NCBI GenBank assembly: GCA_041675085.1
Contig: JBAYUN010000003.1
Coordinates: forward strand, 28,798 to 92,797
Length of the DNA: 64,000 bases
Direction of reading: 5' to 3'
Source of the DNA: Minisyncoccota bacterium
Lineage (GTDB): Bacteria; Patescibacteriota; Minisyncoccia; Phycocordibacterales; UBA9973
The notes beneath the pieces are model-generated. The model did not search any database. It was given only the letters and a program-made list of their open reading frames with translations, and was not told the origin of the DNA. The first letter of the stretch is position 1. Every line of letters begins with the position of its first letter. Below, in pieces: positions 31,501 to 40,618 of the stretch. The position numbers and the translations under genes are program-made.

Positions 31501-34500
31501 GGCACGGCTGAGCCTTTGACATTAACTGGAGCACTGGCTACTGGTGCTTTGCAAAATACCTCAAGTGATTCTGTGACTTACAGTGGTTTAATAACTCTTG
31601 GTGCAGCTAGTACTATAATATCTAATTATGGTGATATTAATATTAGTAATGGCGGTAACATAACAGGGAATACTTTTGGTCTTACTATTGGAGGTGCAGG
31701 TAATGGAACTCTGTTTAGCAATTTAAATACTGGAACTGGCACTTTAACTAAAAATGGTTTAGGCGTTTGGACTATATCAGGTGGGGCTAGTACATACACA
31801 GGACTTACTACAATTAGTGCGGGTACTTTGAAACTTGGTTCTGCTGGTAGCGGAGTGAACACTCCACTTGGCACTGTCGCTGGTGGAGTTACTGTTACCA
31901 GTGGAGCAATATTTGATTTAAATGGTTTTACTTTAGCTACAGCAGAACCCATTGGATCTTTAAACGGAACAGGTATTGCAAACATCGGTGCACTTATTAA
32001 TAGCTCCAGTAATACAATATCATTCACTGGGACAATTACTTTAGGTGCTGCTTCTCGTGTCGTTAATTATGGTAACGGAGTTTTGACTTTAGCTGGTAAT
32101 ATAGGTGGTAACTTTGCTTTAACTTTAGTGACTGTAGGTGGTATTACGCAATCTTCTAACAGTATACGTTCTGGTACTAGTACAATAATCAAAGAAGGTT
32201 CTGGTACATTAATCTTGACTGGTCAAAATACTTTTACTGGTGCTGTAACTGTAAGTACAGGTGTATTGCAACTTGGAGCCAGTGGTGGGGCTACGAATAC
32301 ACCCTTGGGTACTAGTGCTGGAGGTGTAGTGGTTTCTACTGGTGCAGTTTTGGATCTTAGTACTTATTCTTTAGGTGGAGCTTCTACTTATGAAACTTTA
32401 AACCTAAGTGGTACTGGTATTGGTAATGGTGGTGTATTAATTAGTACAGCTAGTGGAAATAATAATTTTGGTGCAGTGACAGTGGCGGCGAGCTCTCTCG
32501 TTGTTAATAATGGTAGTGGTACTATAACTTTTGGTGGAACTATTACAATTGCTAATAGTATAAACTTAAGTATTGGCGGTACAGGACCGACAACAATCTC
32601 TGGAGCTTATGGAGCAACAGCAACATCTGCAACTTTAACAAAATGGGATTCTGGAACATTGTCTATGGGTAGTGTAGCAAGTATTACTACTGGCTTAGTG
32701 CGTATTAATGGTGGAACTATAAAATATGGAATAAATGATTCATTCGCCACTCCTTTTTTAACAATAGCTGGTGGAACCTTAGACTTAAATGGATTTAATG
32801 AAACTAATATTGGAGCTGTTACTTTAATTGATGGATCTATTGTAAATACTGGTGGTGCATCAACTCTTACATCTACTACTACTTATACAGTAGAGAATGG
32901 AACAATTAGTGCTGTTTTAGCTGGTGCAGCCATAGCTTTTAATAAAAATACTGGCGGTACAGTTAGTCTATCTGCCGCTAATACTTTCGCAGGATTAACA
33001 AGTATTAACGCAGGAACTCTTGCTTGGGGAATTAATGATGCATTGTCTAGTGGAGCTCTTACTGTGACGGGAGGTATTGCTGATTTAGGAACTCATACTG
33101 ATACTGTTGGTACTGCTACTTTAACCTCTGGAAGTATAAAAAGTAGTACAGGTATTTTAACCGCAACTTCTTATGCTGTAGCGAGCGGTAGTATTGGTGC
33201 TATTCTTGCTGGCGCAGTGAATTTAACTAAAACTACAGTAGGCTTAGTTACTCTGTCTGGAAATAATACTTATACTGGTATTACTACTATTAGTGGTGGA
33301 ACCTTAAGTGTATCAAATATTGGTAATGGAGGAGTAGTAGGGAATTTAGGTCAAGCTACGAATGCTGCTGCTAATATTGTATTTAATACTGGTACAGGTA
33401 CATTACAATACACAGGTTCTACGGCTTCTACTGATAGATCTTATACTACAACTACTGCTATAACTACAAACTTTGATATCACTAATCCTGGTACTGTGTT
33501 AACTTGGTCTGGTGCTGGTACTGTTACCACAGCTATTGTCACAAAAATAGGCCAAGGTACTTTAAAATTTTCAGCTTCACAAGGTCATACTGGTGCAACA
33601 AATATACTTGCAGGAACTTTACAATATGGAGTAGCTAATATGCTTTCTACTGGTACTGTAAATATAAGTAATGGTATTCTTGATATCAATAATTTCTCTG
33701 ATAGTGTGGGTGTTATTACTTTGCAAAATGCTGGTTCTATTATTGATTCTGGTGGAACCACAGCAGTTTTAACCACCACAGGAACCGGAGCTTTCCAAAG
33801 TGGATTTATTAGTGCTAGACTCGGAGGGTCAATATCTACAGCAATCACTAAATCTACTAATGGTAGAGTTGTATTGTCAGGTGATAATACTTTTACTGGT
33901 ACTATAATTTCTTTGTTCACTGGTTATTTATCTCTTCTTCATAATAATGCATTAGGCGCTTCAGGCACTTCTCTCGGTCTAATTGTAACATCTGGCGCAG
34001 TCTTGGAATTAAATGGTGATATTATGATACCGAGTACTAAAGCTTTTACTATTAATGGTTCTGGTGTAAATAACTTGGGTGCAATTAGAAATGTCAGTGG
34101 TGCAAATACTATAATGGCTTTTGGTAATTTTGCTTTAGGTTCTAATAGTCGCATTAATTCGGATAGTGGTAGTTTAACTATCCCTACTATTTCTGGTAAT
34201 AGTAGGAGTCTAACATTCGGTGGGGCTGGAGATATAACTGTCACTGGTGCTATCAGTACAACCAGTGGTACTCTAACTAAAGAAGGTTCTGGTGTTTTGA
34301 CTCTTACTGGAACGAATACGTACTATGGAACAACTACTCTAACTTTGGGGACTATTATAGCCAACTCTACTTCATCTCTAGGAGATGGTAGTGCTACTAA
34401 TACTTTAATATTTAATGGTGGAACTTTAAAAGCTTCAGGGACTATAACTTCCCCTGTTGATCGAACTGTGACTCTTGCTGGTAACGCTACTATTGATACT

Positions 34501-35208
34501 AATGGTAATAATGTTAGTATCGCGGGAACTGTTGGTTCAGCTGGAGGTCTGACTAAAAATGGTGCCGGGACCCTAACTCTCACCGGAGTAACTACTATCG
34601 GTAATGGTCTCACTATAGATGACGGAACTTTTGTGGCTCCGACCAGTTTAACTATTACTGGAGATCTGACCAATAGTGGTACTTTCACTCATAGTAATGG
34701 TACAGTGGTTTTAAACCCTAATGCAATAAATAGTACTGCTAATGTATTTGGTAGTTCTAATACTATTTTTTATAATTTTACTTATGCTACAGCTAACTCG
34801 AATCTAAAATTTAAAGCCGGCAATACTTATACTTTCACAAATCTTTTAACCTTAACCGGAACTCTAGGTAGTCCTATTTCATTAAGTTCAGACACCAATG
34901 GAGTTCAGTGGCTCATGGTCCTTTCTGGTTCTAGTAGTGTTGCTTATATAAATGTACGAGACTCTGGATGTAGTAGTGGTAATACTGTCCCTGTTGATTA
35001 TCCTTCTATTTCTAACTCTGGAAATAATGGGTGGTGCTGGTCATTTATAAGTCTCAGTGGTGGTTCTGTGAGTAATGTAGAAGTTTCTGTAACCCCAGAT
35101 CCAGATCAAACAGGAGGAGATGAGGGTGGAGGTGTGGGAATTGAAGATGAGGGAACGGGAGATGTGGAAGGTGGAGGTGGTTCTGGTGGAGGTGGCGGTT
35201 TAGAATAG
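25576..35208 (+). CDS. giant adhesin with autotransporter-associated beta-strand (PATR) repeats
   Basis: Signal peptide; many TK.G.GTL.LSG.NTYTG.T.V..GTL repeats; no recognisable beta-barrel; Gly/acidic tail. Confidence 0.85.
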   Translation: MKKDFYINLIKFSSTLFVFVFLFLFTTNAAEAAVKTWTGSTSDLWSVGANWGGDVPVTGDDLVFPDGTSNLSSTNDLTENTIFNSITFSGSGYTLSGNSIILGPGLAGITDVTSSGGNTIAFDIRLDVTRDIYVTNINETLTISGRIAGVGGINKEGEGKLILSGANTYGGITKVNVGVLNAQNDKSLGTILAGTEVVGNAVLELQGGINISYEALALRGYGVSENGALRNISGNNTYGGLITLSSAGGTEISSDADTLTITGGMTGAFPLFIDGPGNITYSTTPIAIAAGTVTKKGSGTLRYNFPNTYTGLTIIDAGTLLYGTNNAILSGGVTVTGGTLDISNYSDMLGTVTLGTLDLASGTITGTSGVLSSPTWTVYNGSINAIISGYGGTLTKSTPGTVVLGRANRYTGATSINGGILEIQDSSSLGTIDGITTVSGGSTLQINGDGMLIPEYIAFSGTGHLYKGAIRNKNGNNTLSGLLTTGSGAMIVSEIDTILTIDERGVSVTTIGLTVGGAGDVVFTDDAPIYGTTGTLTKNDEGLLTINSFSNITGVISINRGDVVLSGLGALPIATTIFINAGATLTLDNTSNIVNDRIADTAVVTMNGGNFNFKGSSSGDVLETTGVLTSGIATQSGDNKITITPGSGGSTVMRFASLIRTAGSSLLFRGTSLGSTPAANVSTLLFTTAPTLLGDDGESNSPTLSIIPGAFGDNSLTGTGTDMVTYNKGNINGLRLLNGIGFTGEYTSDINRTNGNVKLTSSISATTSLINSLILSSGSSITNPSTSQNITLTSGNILNLVNGANIAGANTTLIMDGNVEGFIRAVEDIDFSSSIATTGGFTKTGEGTLTFSRAQTYTGLTSVNEGTFLYGIADTISSGNVTVNGGILDIANFNDTVGAVILQKGTITGSTGVLSGASYNLREGTVSAILGGGVTLTRIATNTAADSIVALTRENSYTGVTTITSGILKIGAAGNGTNSPLGTIASGTTIANIAALDLNGYTLSTTEAITSLNGSGFGPSATVANGNSVMGALMNSSGTSVSYNGNIALGSASRINADFGTINITGNISGAFGLTIGGYSNTTLAGTIGAGALSLTKDGIGTLTLSGSNSYTGATTVSSGTIKLGATGSGSNTPLGTTGGTTTVATGSRFDLNGFTLATAETITLNGVGYGIGNGASGALINSSVSSVTYSGQILLGSTGTMVKADYGDINLTAAGTITGANFGLILAGSGNGTLSSIIGTTSGTVTKIGSGMWTLSGSSTYTGATNINIGTLRLGATGGATNTPLGTIGSGTVVSSGAVLDLNGYTLGTVEGLTINGRGIGNGGVLINNSISSTTYPGGINQATDSRIANSGAGLLTLSGAVSGAFTLQVGGAGSTTFSTAIPTTFLILRKQGAGTLTLTGTNLNIGGVIIDEGTLTYGAATTLAATPMTVLGGTFNMNGTTDAIGAVTLIGGNISNGTLTSATSYTLESGTVSAILAGAVPVIKNTNNTVVLSGVNTISSTTTINAGTLTISGSGSATATTITVNLGGTLTLDNSSTAVASRLGDAIALTMNGGNYNFIGNSAGASSETTGALTLLTGHNTVTVTPGSGGSTTMTFASLSRTAGATVLFRGTGLGTASAANISTLVFTATPTLTGGGGASGSTTVSVIKGAYGDSSLSGTGSDMVTYQGGTGLRLLNGAGFSGEYATNLSTANANVKLTASATATTTNTNSLILNGFSVTDPGVDTTLPIASASLAGNILINSANDIAGSNTTLGITTFELPILATSNGAITAKIGTATSGVLTLSGSGNVTLSAANLYNGLTYINGATLTYGVSNAISTGGVVVRGGLYDLNGNSDIIGSLSLTAASVATASGTLTLGGDLTSIANGNFSSKITGNLDLGFNRIFNIGDGLVDNDLIVSAIVSGAFNVTKSTGTGVLVFSGDNTYTGSTTISAGTLRLGANGGVTNTPLGTTLGNTIVSGASSALDLNGFTLGTAEPLTLTGALATGALQNTSSDSVTYSGLITLGAASTIISNYGDINISNGGNITGNTFGLTIGGAGNGTLFSNLNTGTGTLTKNGLGVWTISGGASTYTGLTTISAGTLKLGSAGSGVNTPLGTVAGGVTVTSGAIFDLNGFTLATAEPIGSLNGTGIANIGALINSSSNTISFTGTITLGAASRVVNYGNGVLTLAGNIGGNFALTLVTVGGITQSSNSIRSGTSTIIKEGSGTLILTGQNTFTGAVTVSTGVLQLGASGGATNTPLGTSAGGVVVSTGAVLDLSTYSLGGASTYETLNLSGTGIGNGGVLISTASGNNNFGAVTVAASSLVVNNGSGTITFGGTITIANSINLSIGGTGPTTISGAYGATATSATLTKWDSGTLSMGSVASITTGLVRINGGTIKYGINDSFATPFLTIAGGTLDLNGFNETNIGAVTLIDGSIVNTGGASTLTSTTTYTVENGTISAVLAGAAIAFNKNTGGTVSLSAANTFAGLTSINAGTLAWGINDALSSGALTVTGGIADLGTHTDTVGTATLTSGSIKSSTGILTATSYAVASGSIGAILAGAVNLTKTTVGLVTLSGNNTYTGITTISGGTLSVSNIGNGGVVGNLGQATNAAANIVFNTGTGTLQYTGSTASTDRSYTTTTAITTNFDITNPGTVLTWSGAGTVTTAIVTKIGQGTLKFSASQGHTGATNILAGTLQYGVANMLSTGTVNISNGILDINNFSDSVGVITLQNAGSIIDSGGTTAVLTTTGTGAFQSGFISARLGGSISTAITKSTNGRVVLSGDNTFTGTIISLFTGYLSLLHNNALGASGTSLGLIVTSGAVLELNGDIMIPSTKAFTINGSGVNNLGAIRNVSGANTIMAFGNFALGSNSRINSDSGSLTIPTISGNSRSLTFGGAGDITVTGAISTTSGTLTKEGSGVLTLTGTNTYYGTTTLTLGTIIANSTSSLGDGSATNTLIFNGGTLKASGTITSPVDRTVTLAGNATIDTNGNNVSIAGTVGSAGGLTKNGAGTLTLTGVTTIGNGLTIDDGTFVAPTSLTITGDLTNSGTFTHSNGTVVLNPNAINSTANVFGSSNTIFYNFTYATANSNLKFKAGNTYTFTNLLTLTGTLGSPISLSSDTNGVQWLMVLSGSSSVAYINVRDSGCSSGNTVPVDYPSISNSGNNGWCWSFISLSGGSVSNVEVSVTPDPDQTGGDEGGGVGIEDEGTGDVEGGGGSGGGGGLE

Positions 35209-35246
35209 TATTCTATCTCTCTTCTTATTGTGCTATGATATTATAG

Positions 35247-35636
35247 ATGAAAAATTTTTTACAGAAACATGCCTTATACTTTTTGGTTTTTACTGTTTCA
35301 GTTATTTTTGTATTAATTTTTATTTTAGTAAAATTTGTTTTTTTTCAAAAATCAGAAGTAAAAACTGAGAGTGATATATTGATAGATAAAGTAGGAGAGA
35401 TAGTGTATTTGCCAATAGGTGAGACGCCTTCTGTCGCTACCGTGACCGATCCTTCCAAATTAAAAAACCAAAACTTTTTTGAAAACGCAAAAACAGGAGA
35501 TAAGGTTTTGATTTATCCCAAATCAGGTAAAGCAGTGTTATATGATCCTGAAGTACATAAAATCGTAAATATTTCTTCAATTTTATTGAATGCATCTTTG
35601 GAAAACGAATCAAATATTAATCAACAAGAATTTTAA
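35247..35636 (+). CDS. hypothetical membrane-anchored protein
   Basis: N-terminal TM helix; LP.GETPSVATVTDP..L..Q.FF.NA..GDKVLIY pattern; in operon. Confidence 0.75.
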   Translation: MKNFLQKHALYFLVFTVSVIFVLIFILVKFVFFQKSEVKTESDILIDKVGEIVYLPIGETPSVATVTDPSKLKNQNFFENAKTGDKVLIYPKSGKAVLYDPEVHKIVNISSILLNASLENESNINQQEF

Positions 35637-35637
35637 A

Positions 35638-36633
35638 ATGATTAAAAAGAATTTTGTTACAAAAATCTTTATATTGTCTTTTCTCTTATTGTTGTCTTTT
35701 TTTAATGCTTTTGCTGAAGATCTGACTAGTACTAATTTCATAGTTCGTGATCCTATTATTGGTACAGGTGGTTCTTATGGAACCTCTACGAATTTTAAGC
35801 TTTATGGTTCTGGGAATGCCAATATTTCAGGCCAAGGATCTTCTACTAATTTTATTGGACGTAGTGGATTTTTATATTTTCCATTTGTTGATGTTGGTGT
35901 TTTGACCGCTCTACAGAACGGAGTTGATGTTGATTTATCGTGGACTGTTTCTACTGCTGGTTTAGGTTTTAACGTGTCTGGATACAAGGTTGGATTCTCT
36001 GGTGTGCCAGGTGGACCGTATAGTTATACTACACTCGGTTTAGTAACTACTTATACTTATGAAGATATAACTCCCGGAGAGTACTGTTATGTTGTTGAGA
36101 CTTTAGATAGTTTTGGGAATACTATCGGTAAAACCAATGAAGATTGTATTACTGTAGATCCAGTCATATCGTTTTCTATTTCTGATAATAGTTTAAATTT
36201 TGGTAATTTATCTATTTCTGGTCCGAGATATGCTAATACATCTACTGGTAGTGCTACAAGTACTGTCGCTCATACAATATCTGCAGGATCTAATGCTAAT
36301 TCGGGTTATGTTATTACATATAATGGGTCTACTCTAACAAGTGGGTCTAGTAATATAGATGTTGCTTCATCTGTGTCAGGGGACGGAACTCCTGGTGTTG
36401 AACAATTCGGCATCTCTCTTAGTACTAATGGTTCTGCTATTATCCCAATACCTTATAGGCAAACAGGTCCAACTCGGACATATGTCGCAAATACTACGAC
36501 TGAGATAGCTTCGACTAGTGGAGTTACTTCTTCTGAGACTTTTAGTTTGTATTATTTAGCTAATATTTCAAGTATTACAGAAGCAGGTGAGTATCAAGCT
36601 AATATTACTTACGTGGCGACCGGTGAATTCTAG
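35638..36633 (+). CDS. secreted FN3-like + WxL/pilin-like protein
   Basis: Signal peptide; DLSW...GY.V...Y (FN3-like); C-terminus ANISSITEAGEYQANITYVATGEF. Start moved to the ATG at 35638. Confidence 0.65.
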   Translation: MIKKNFVTKIFILSFLLLLSFFNAFAEDLTSTNFIVRDPIIGTGGSYGTSTNFKLYGSGNANISGQGSSTNFIGRSGFLYFPFVDVGVLTALQNGVDVDLSWTVSTAGLGFNVSGYKVGFSGVPGGPYSYTTLGLVTTYTYEDITPGEYCYVVETLDSFGNTIGKTNEDCITVDPVISFSISDNSLNFGNLSISGPRYANTSTGSATSTVAHTISAGSNANSGYVITYNGSTLTSGSSNIDVASSVSGDGTPGVEQFGISLSTNGSAIIPIPYRQTGPTRTYVANTTTEIASTSGVTSSETFSLYYLANISSITEAGEYQANITYVATGEF

Positions 36634-36717
36634 TTATCCACATACTATCAAACTTATTTTTTTTGTATTAAAATGTTATAATATATGTATTATTTATTAG
36701 TTAGTTAATTTAAAATT

Positions 36718-37770
36718 ATGTTTAGAAAAATCACGAGTTTTGTTTTGATGTTTATGTTAGTTTTAGTTTCTTCTTACTCATCTGTTTCGTCTTATGCATA
36801 TGCAGCTTCTTTGTCTGCTATGTCTGCTACTTTAAGTACAGAAAAAGCTTCGACTGCTTCCAATTACACCATACAGTTTACAACTCCTACTGGTGTAGCA
36901 TCAGGGCAAACTATTATTTTAACTTTTGATAACTCTACGAGTGTTCATGCTTCTTTGGACTTTACAGATATTGATCTAAAAGACGACGGAGTAGACGTAA
37001 CACTAGCTGCTGCTCCAGCAGCTGCAACTTGGGGAGTAGTACGTACTTCTGGTACAGTTATTACTTTCACTAACGGTACTACAGCAGTAGGTGCTGGTAG
37101 TGTTATAAATATAGAGATTGGTACTCATGCTACTACAGGTGCGACTGGTGACCAACAAATCACAAACGGTTCTGCGGGAACAACATTGCTTACCATGTCT
37201 GGTACATTTACTGATACTGGCGTTATAGGTATTCCAGTAATAGCTGATGATGTTGTGGTTGTGAATGCTCGTGTTCAACCTTCTATTTCATTTACTGTTT
37301 CTGATAATACTATCTTTTTTGGTAATCTACGTACAGCTGGAGCTTGTTTTGCACAAGGTACAGATCCTGGAGCAGTAACTTGTCCTACCACTACTGAAAC
37401 AGAAGCTTTCAATCTTACAGCTGGAACAAATGCTACCTCCGGTTATGTTATAACTGTACAAGGAGCAACTTTGACTTCGGGCGCAGATACTATTGATCCT
37501 TTGGCTGTGAATACTGCTTCAAGTCCTGCTTCAGAACAATTCGGTATGCGTATTACTGCATCAGGTGGTTCTGGTGCTGTGACTGCTCCGTATGCAGCTG
37601 CTGGTTATGCTTGGACAGCGTCAGCTTCTACTCCAGCTCAAATAGCTTCAGCTGGAGACCCTTCAGCTACTACTACATATTCTGTTCGCCAATTGGCTAA
37701 CATTTCAGCTGTAACAGAAGCTGGTACATATACTTCAACTCAAACTTACGTTGCTACTGCTACCTATTAA
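36718..37770 (+). CDS. secreted WxL/pilin-like protein (probable major subunit)
   Basis: Signal peptide; T/A/S-rich beta protein; C-terminus ANISAVTEAGTYTSTQTYVATATY, paralogous to the upstream gene. Confidence 0.65.
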   Translation: MFRKITSFVLMFMLVLVSSYSSVSSYAYAASLSAMSATLSTEKASTASNYTIQFTTPTGVASGQTIILTFDNSTSVHASLDFTDIDLKDDGVDVTLAAAPAAATWGVVRTSGTVITFTNGTTAVGAGSVINIEIGTHATTGATGDQQITNGSAGTTLLTMSGTFTDTGVIGIPVIADDVVVVNARVQPSISFTVSDNTIFFGNLRTAGACFAQGTDPGAVTCPTTTETEAFNLTAGTNATSGYVITVQGATLTSGADTIDPLAVNTASSPASEQFGMRITASGGSGAVTAPYAAAGYAWTASASTPAQIASAGDPSATTTYSVRQLANISAVTEAGTYTSTQTYVATATY

Positions 37771-37801
37771 TTTAATTTAAAGTGTGTTAATCTGAATAAT
37801 T

Positions 37802-38812
37802 ATGAATAGCCTAAAAATAGTTAAAACTTGTATCTTATTAATTGCTTTTTTTGGGCTTTTTGTGACTTTTTCTCATACAGCACACGCATTGACTATATCT
37901 CCACCAAGGTTAGAACTTTCAGGTGATCCTGGAGATTTAATTAAAGAGAACTTAACTTTAACAAATGAGAAAAATGTAACTCAGAAATTTTTCTTATCTT
38001 TTGAGAATTTTGAAGCTCAAGGTGAGAGTGGTACACCTTCTTTTGTTGAACCCAAAAGTGGCTTAGGGACTTGGATGTCTGCGGAGCCTTCCGTGTCTTT
38101 GTTGCCAGGGGAGAGTAAGATTATTCCATTTACTATTAAAATACCAGAAAATGCTGAAGCGGGTGGTCATTTTGCTTCTGTCTTTTGGGGTACAAGTCCT
38201 TCTGGGTCTGGTGGTGGTCAGGTTTCAATTGGTGCAAAGGTTGGAACTTTGATTTTACTTTCTGTCTCAGGAGATATCAAAGAAGAAGCTGGTTTATTGT
38301 CATTTAATACTTTAAATAATAAATTTTTCTACAAAACCCTACCTGTTTCTTTTGAATATCGATTTAAAAATGATGGTAATGATCGCATCAAGCCAGTAGG
38401 TAATGCTTTAATTAGAAACACTTTATTTATTCCTACAGAAAAAATTGACGCCAATATATCTCTAGGTAACGTTCTCCCTGGTAGCACTAGAAAGTATGAT
38501 TTCAAATGGTTGGAATATGAACGAGATGCTAATGATGTAAATAGAGAAGGTTATTTTGGTAATTTTATTGATAATATTAGCTATCAGTGGAAGAATTTTG
38601 CAGTCGGTTTGTATTCTGCAAATCTAAAATTAGCTTATGGTATAAACAGTCAGGAGGTATCTAAGACAGTTTTATTTTTTGTATTTCCTTGGGAGCTTGT
38701 TTTGGTTATGCTTTTTTCTTTATTTATCATTTATTTCTTTGGCGGGAAAATTATTCGTAAGTACAATAGATATATTATAGAAAAAGCTAGAAATGGTATG
38801 AAAATATCATAG
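37802..38812 (+). CDS. DUF916-like (WxL-interacting/chaperone-like) membrane-anchored protein
   Basis: LTISPPRLEL..DPG..., L.PGESK.IPFTIKIP.NAE.GGH and F.N.GN motifs; C-terminal TM helix. Confidence 0.7.
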   Translation: MNSLKIVKTCILLIAFFGLFVTFSHTAHALTISPPRLELSGDPGDLIKENLTLTNEKNVTQKFFLSFENFEAQGESGTPSFVEPKSGLGTWMSAEPSVSLLPGESKIIPFTIKIPENAEAGGHFASVFWGTSPSGSGGGQVSIGAKVGTLILLSVSGDIKEEAGLLSFNTLNNKFFYKTLPVSFEYRFKNDGNDRIKPVGNALIRNTLFIPTEKIDANISLGNVLPGSTRKYDFKWLEYERDANDVNREGYFGNFIDNISYQWKNFAVGLYSANLKLAYGINSQEVSKTVLFFVFPWELVLVMLFSLFIIYFFGGKIIRKYNRYIIEKARNGMKIS

Positions 38813-38820
38813 TATTAACT

Positions 38821-39732
38821 ATGGTTAATTATTTTTTTAAAAAAATCATATTAGCTTTACTAATAATTTTATCCTTATTTCCATTTTATGTTATTAGAGC
38901 AGTAGACATTATAGATTCAGATGATGTTGTTGTTAGTGCAAGAGTCATAGACACTAGTATAGTCATTCCTCCAACCCCTACATCTCTGGGTGGTGGCGGG
39001 GCGGTGAATCTTTTTATTCCAAAGATAGGTGTCGCCTTAAGAGGGGAAGCGTATCCAAATGCAAAGATAACATTACTGAAAGGTGGTATTTTTGTTCTTT
39101 CAGTGAATGCTGATAATCGTGGATTTTTTAATATGTCAATTGAAGAAAAGTATGAGAATACAGCTCTCTATACAATTTTTGCCGAAGACTCTGATGGAAA
39201 TAAATCTTTGCTGCTAAATTATCCAGTAGCAGTTTATTCTGGGTATATTACCGAGCTTAGTAATATACGCTTTGCTCCGACCATATCTTTAGATAAATCC
39301 GAAGTTTTAGAAGGTGACTATATTACTATATATGGTTATGCTATGCCTGATAGATCTTTATATGTATCTTTAGATGGCTTAAATCAGAAAAATTTTCTTA
39401 CCAATTCTTTATCAGATGGATCATATAAAATAACCATACCAATGACAGATTTATCAAAAGGTAGTTATAGTTTGAATATTAAATATTTAAATGATACTCG
39501 TATTAGTAAGTTAGTAAAATTTATAATTGGAGATTCTAATAAAAATGTCGAAAATTATCCTCTTGTAATACAAGGTGATTGTAATAAAGATAATTTGATA
39601 AATCTTATAGATTTTTCGGTGATGGCTTTTTGGTACAAGAAAGATAATCCACCTTCATGCGTAGATGTGAATAGTGACAATGTTGTAAACTTAATAGACT
39701 TTTCTATATTAGCTTATTTCTGGACCAATTAA
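38821..39732 (+). CDS. Ig-like + dockerin domain protein
   Basis: Twin Ca-loop motifs GDCNKDNLINLIDFS and DVNSDNVVNLIDFS at the C-terminus. Confidence 0.8.
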   Translation: MVNYFFKKIILALLIILSLFPFYVIRAVDIIDSDDVVVSARVIDTSIVIPPTPTSLGGGGAVNLFIPKIGVALRGEAYPNAKITLLKGGIFVLSVNADNRGFFNMSIEEKYENTALYTIFAEDSDGNKSLLLNYPVAVYSGYITELSNIRFAPTISLDKSEVLEGDYITIYGYAMPDRSLYVSLDGLNQKNFLTNSLSDGSYKITIPMTDLSKGSYSLNIKYLNDTRISKLVKFIIGDSNKNVENYPLVIQGDCNKDNLINLIDFSVMAFWYKKDNPPSCVDVNSDNVVNLIDFSILAYFWTN

Positions 39733-39735
39733 TTT

Positions 39736-40614
39736 ATGAAAAAAAATATTTTTTTAATAATTTGTGCTTTATTTTTTATCCCTCGTGTTCTTTTTGCTTC
39801 TAGTATATATCTTACTGGAGAACAAAATACTAACATCGGAGAATCTTTTAAAGTACTTGTTTCTATTGATTCAGAAAATAATGCTATTAATTCTATTGAT
39901 GCTATTGTGGGTTTTGATTCTAATTTAATTGATTATATTGGTTTTCAAGATAATGAAACTTTATTTAAAAATTGGATCCAAGCCCCGTCTGTATTTGAAA
40001 GTAATAAAATTCAAATGACTGGTATTGTGCCTGGGGGGGTTAGTGGTATTTATAATCCAAATCAAAAAAAACTCGATGATATTCGTGTAGTCTATCTTGT
40101 TTTCAAGTCTAAAAAAACAGGTGTGGCGAATTTTGTTTTTCATAAAAAAGATGTCTTGCAAAATGATGGTTTAGGTAGTCCTCTTTCTGTAGATAGCAAA
40201 AATTTCTCTGTAAATATAAAAGACAATAATTCTCCTACATTTAATTATGACGCATTCGAAGCTCAAAAAAATACAGAAGATACATTGCCACCTTTACCTT
40301 TTATAATTACATTTATACCTGCCCTAAAAGCCTCAGAGACAAATACTATGATTTCTTTTATAGCCGAAGATATTGAGTCTGGTATTAAAGAATATCGCAT
40401 CAAAAAAGGTGGATCTTATGAAGTTGTGACTAGTCCATTAATCGTAAATAAAAGTTTGTTTTCTAAAAAGATAACCATCAGAGCTTATGATTTTAATGAT
40501 AATTTTACTGAATCTCATATTCAGATAGACGGTATTGTGACTTTTTGGCATATAATAATTCTTTTGATTGGATTGTTTTCTTCTAGTCTTTTCGTGCGTA
40601 AATTGCTAAAATAG
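39736..40614 (+). CDS. cohesin-like domain protein with C-terminal TM anchor
   Basis: GESFKV.V.IDS....INSIDA.V.FD...L.FK....G.A.F.F....L.NDGLG pattern; signal peptide; TM helix. Confidence 0.7.
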   Translation: MKKNIFLIICALFFIPRVLFASSIYLTGEQNTNIGESFKVLVSIDSENNAINSIDAIVGFDSNLIDYIGFQDNETLFKNWIQAPSVFESNKIQMTGIVPGGVSGIYNPNQKKLDDIRVVYLVFKSKKTGVANFVFHKKDVLQNDGLGSPLSVDSKNFSVNIKDNNSPTFNYDAFEAQKNTEDTLPPLPFIITFIPALKASETNTMISFIAEDIESGIKEYRIKKGGSYEVVTSPLIVNKSLFSKKITIRAYDFNDNFTESHIQIDGIVTFWHIIILLIGLFSSSLFVRKLLK

Positions 40615-40618
40615 AATT

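Noticed and set aside
18254-34688. Many 60-130-aa minus-strand ORFs (Val/Pro-rich) within the two giant genes, and similar antisense ORFs inside dnaE, tkt, pif1, ychF and leuS
   Set aside because: Shadow frames of long coding sequences with biased codons; no motifs or independent expression signals.
17586-35208. Diversity-generating retroelement acting on the adhesins
   Set aside because: No reverse transcriptase in the window, and the internal repeats differ at all base types rather than only at adenines.
23974-36642. Replication origin from two perfect DnaA boxes
   Set aside because: The boxes are single and 12.6 kb apart; no cluster and no dnaA/dnaN nearby.
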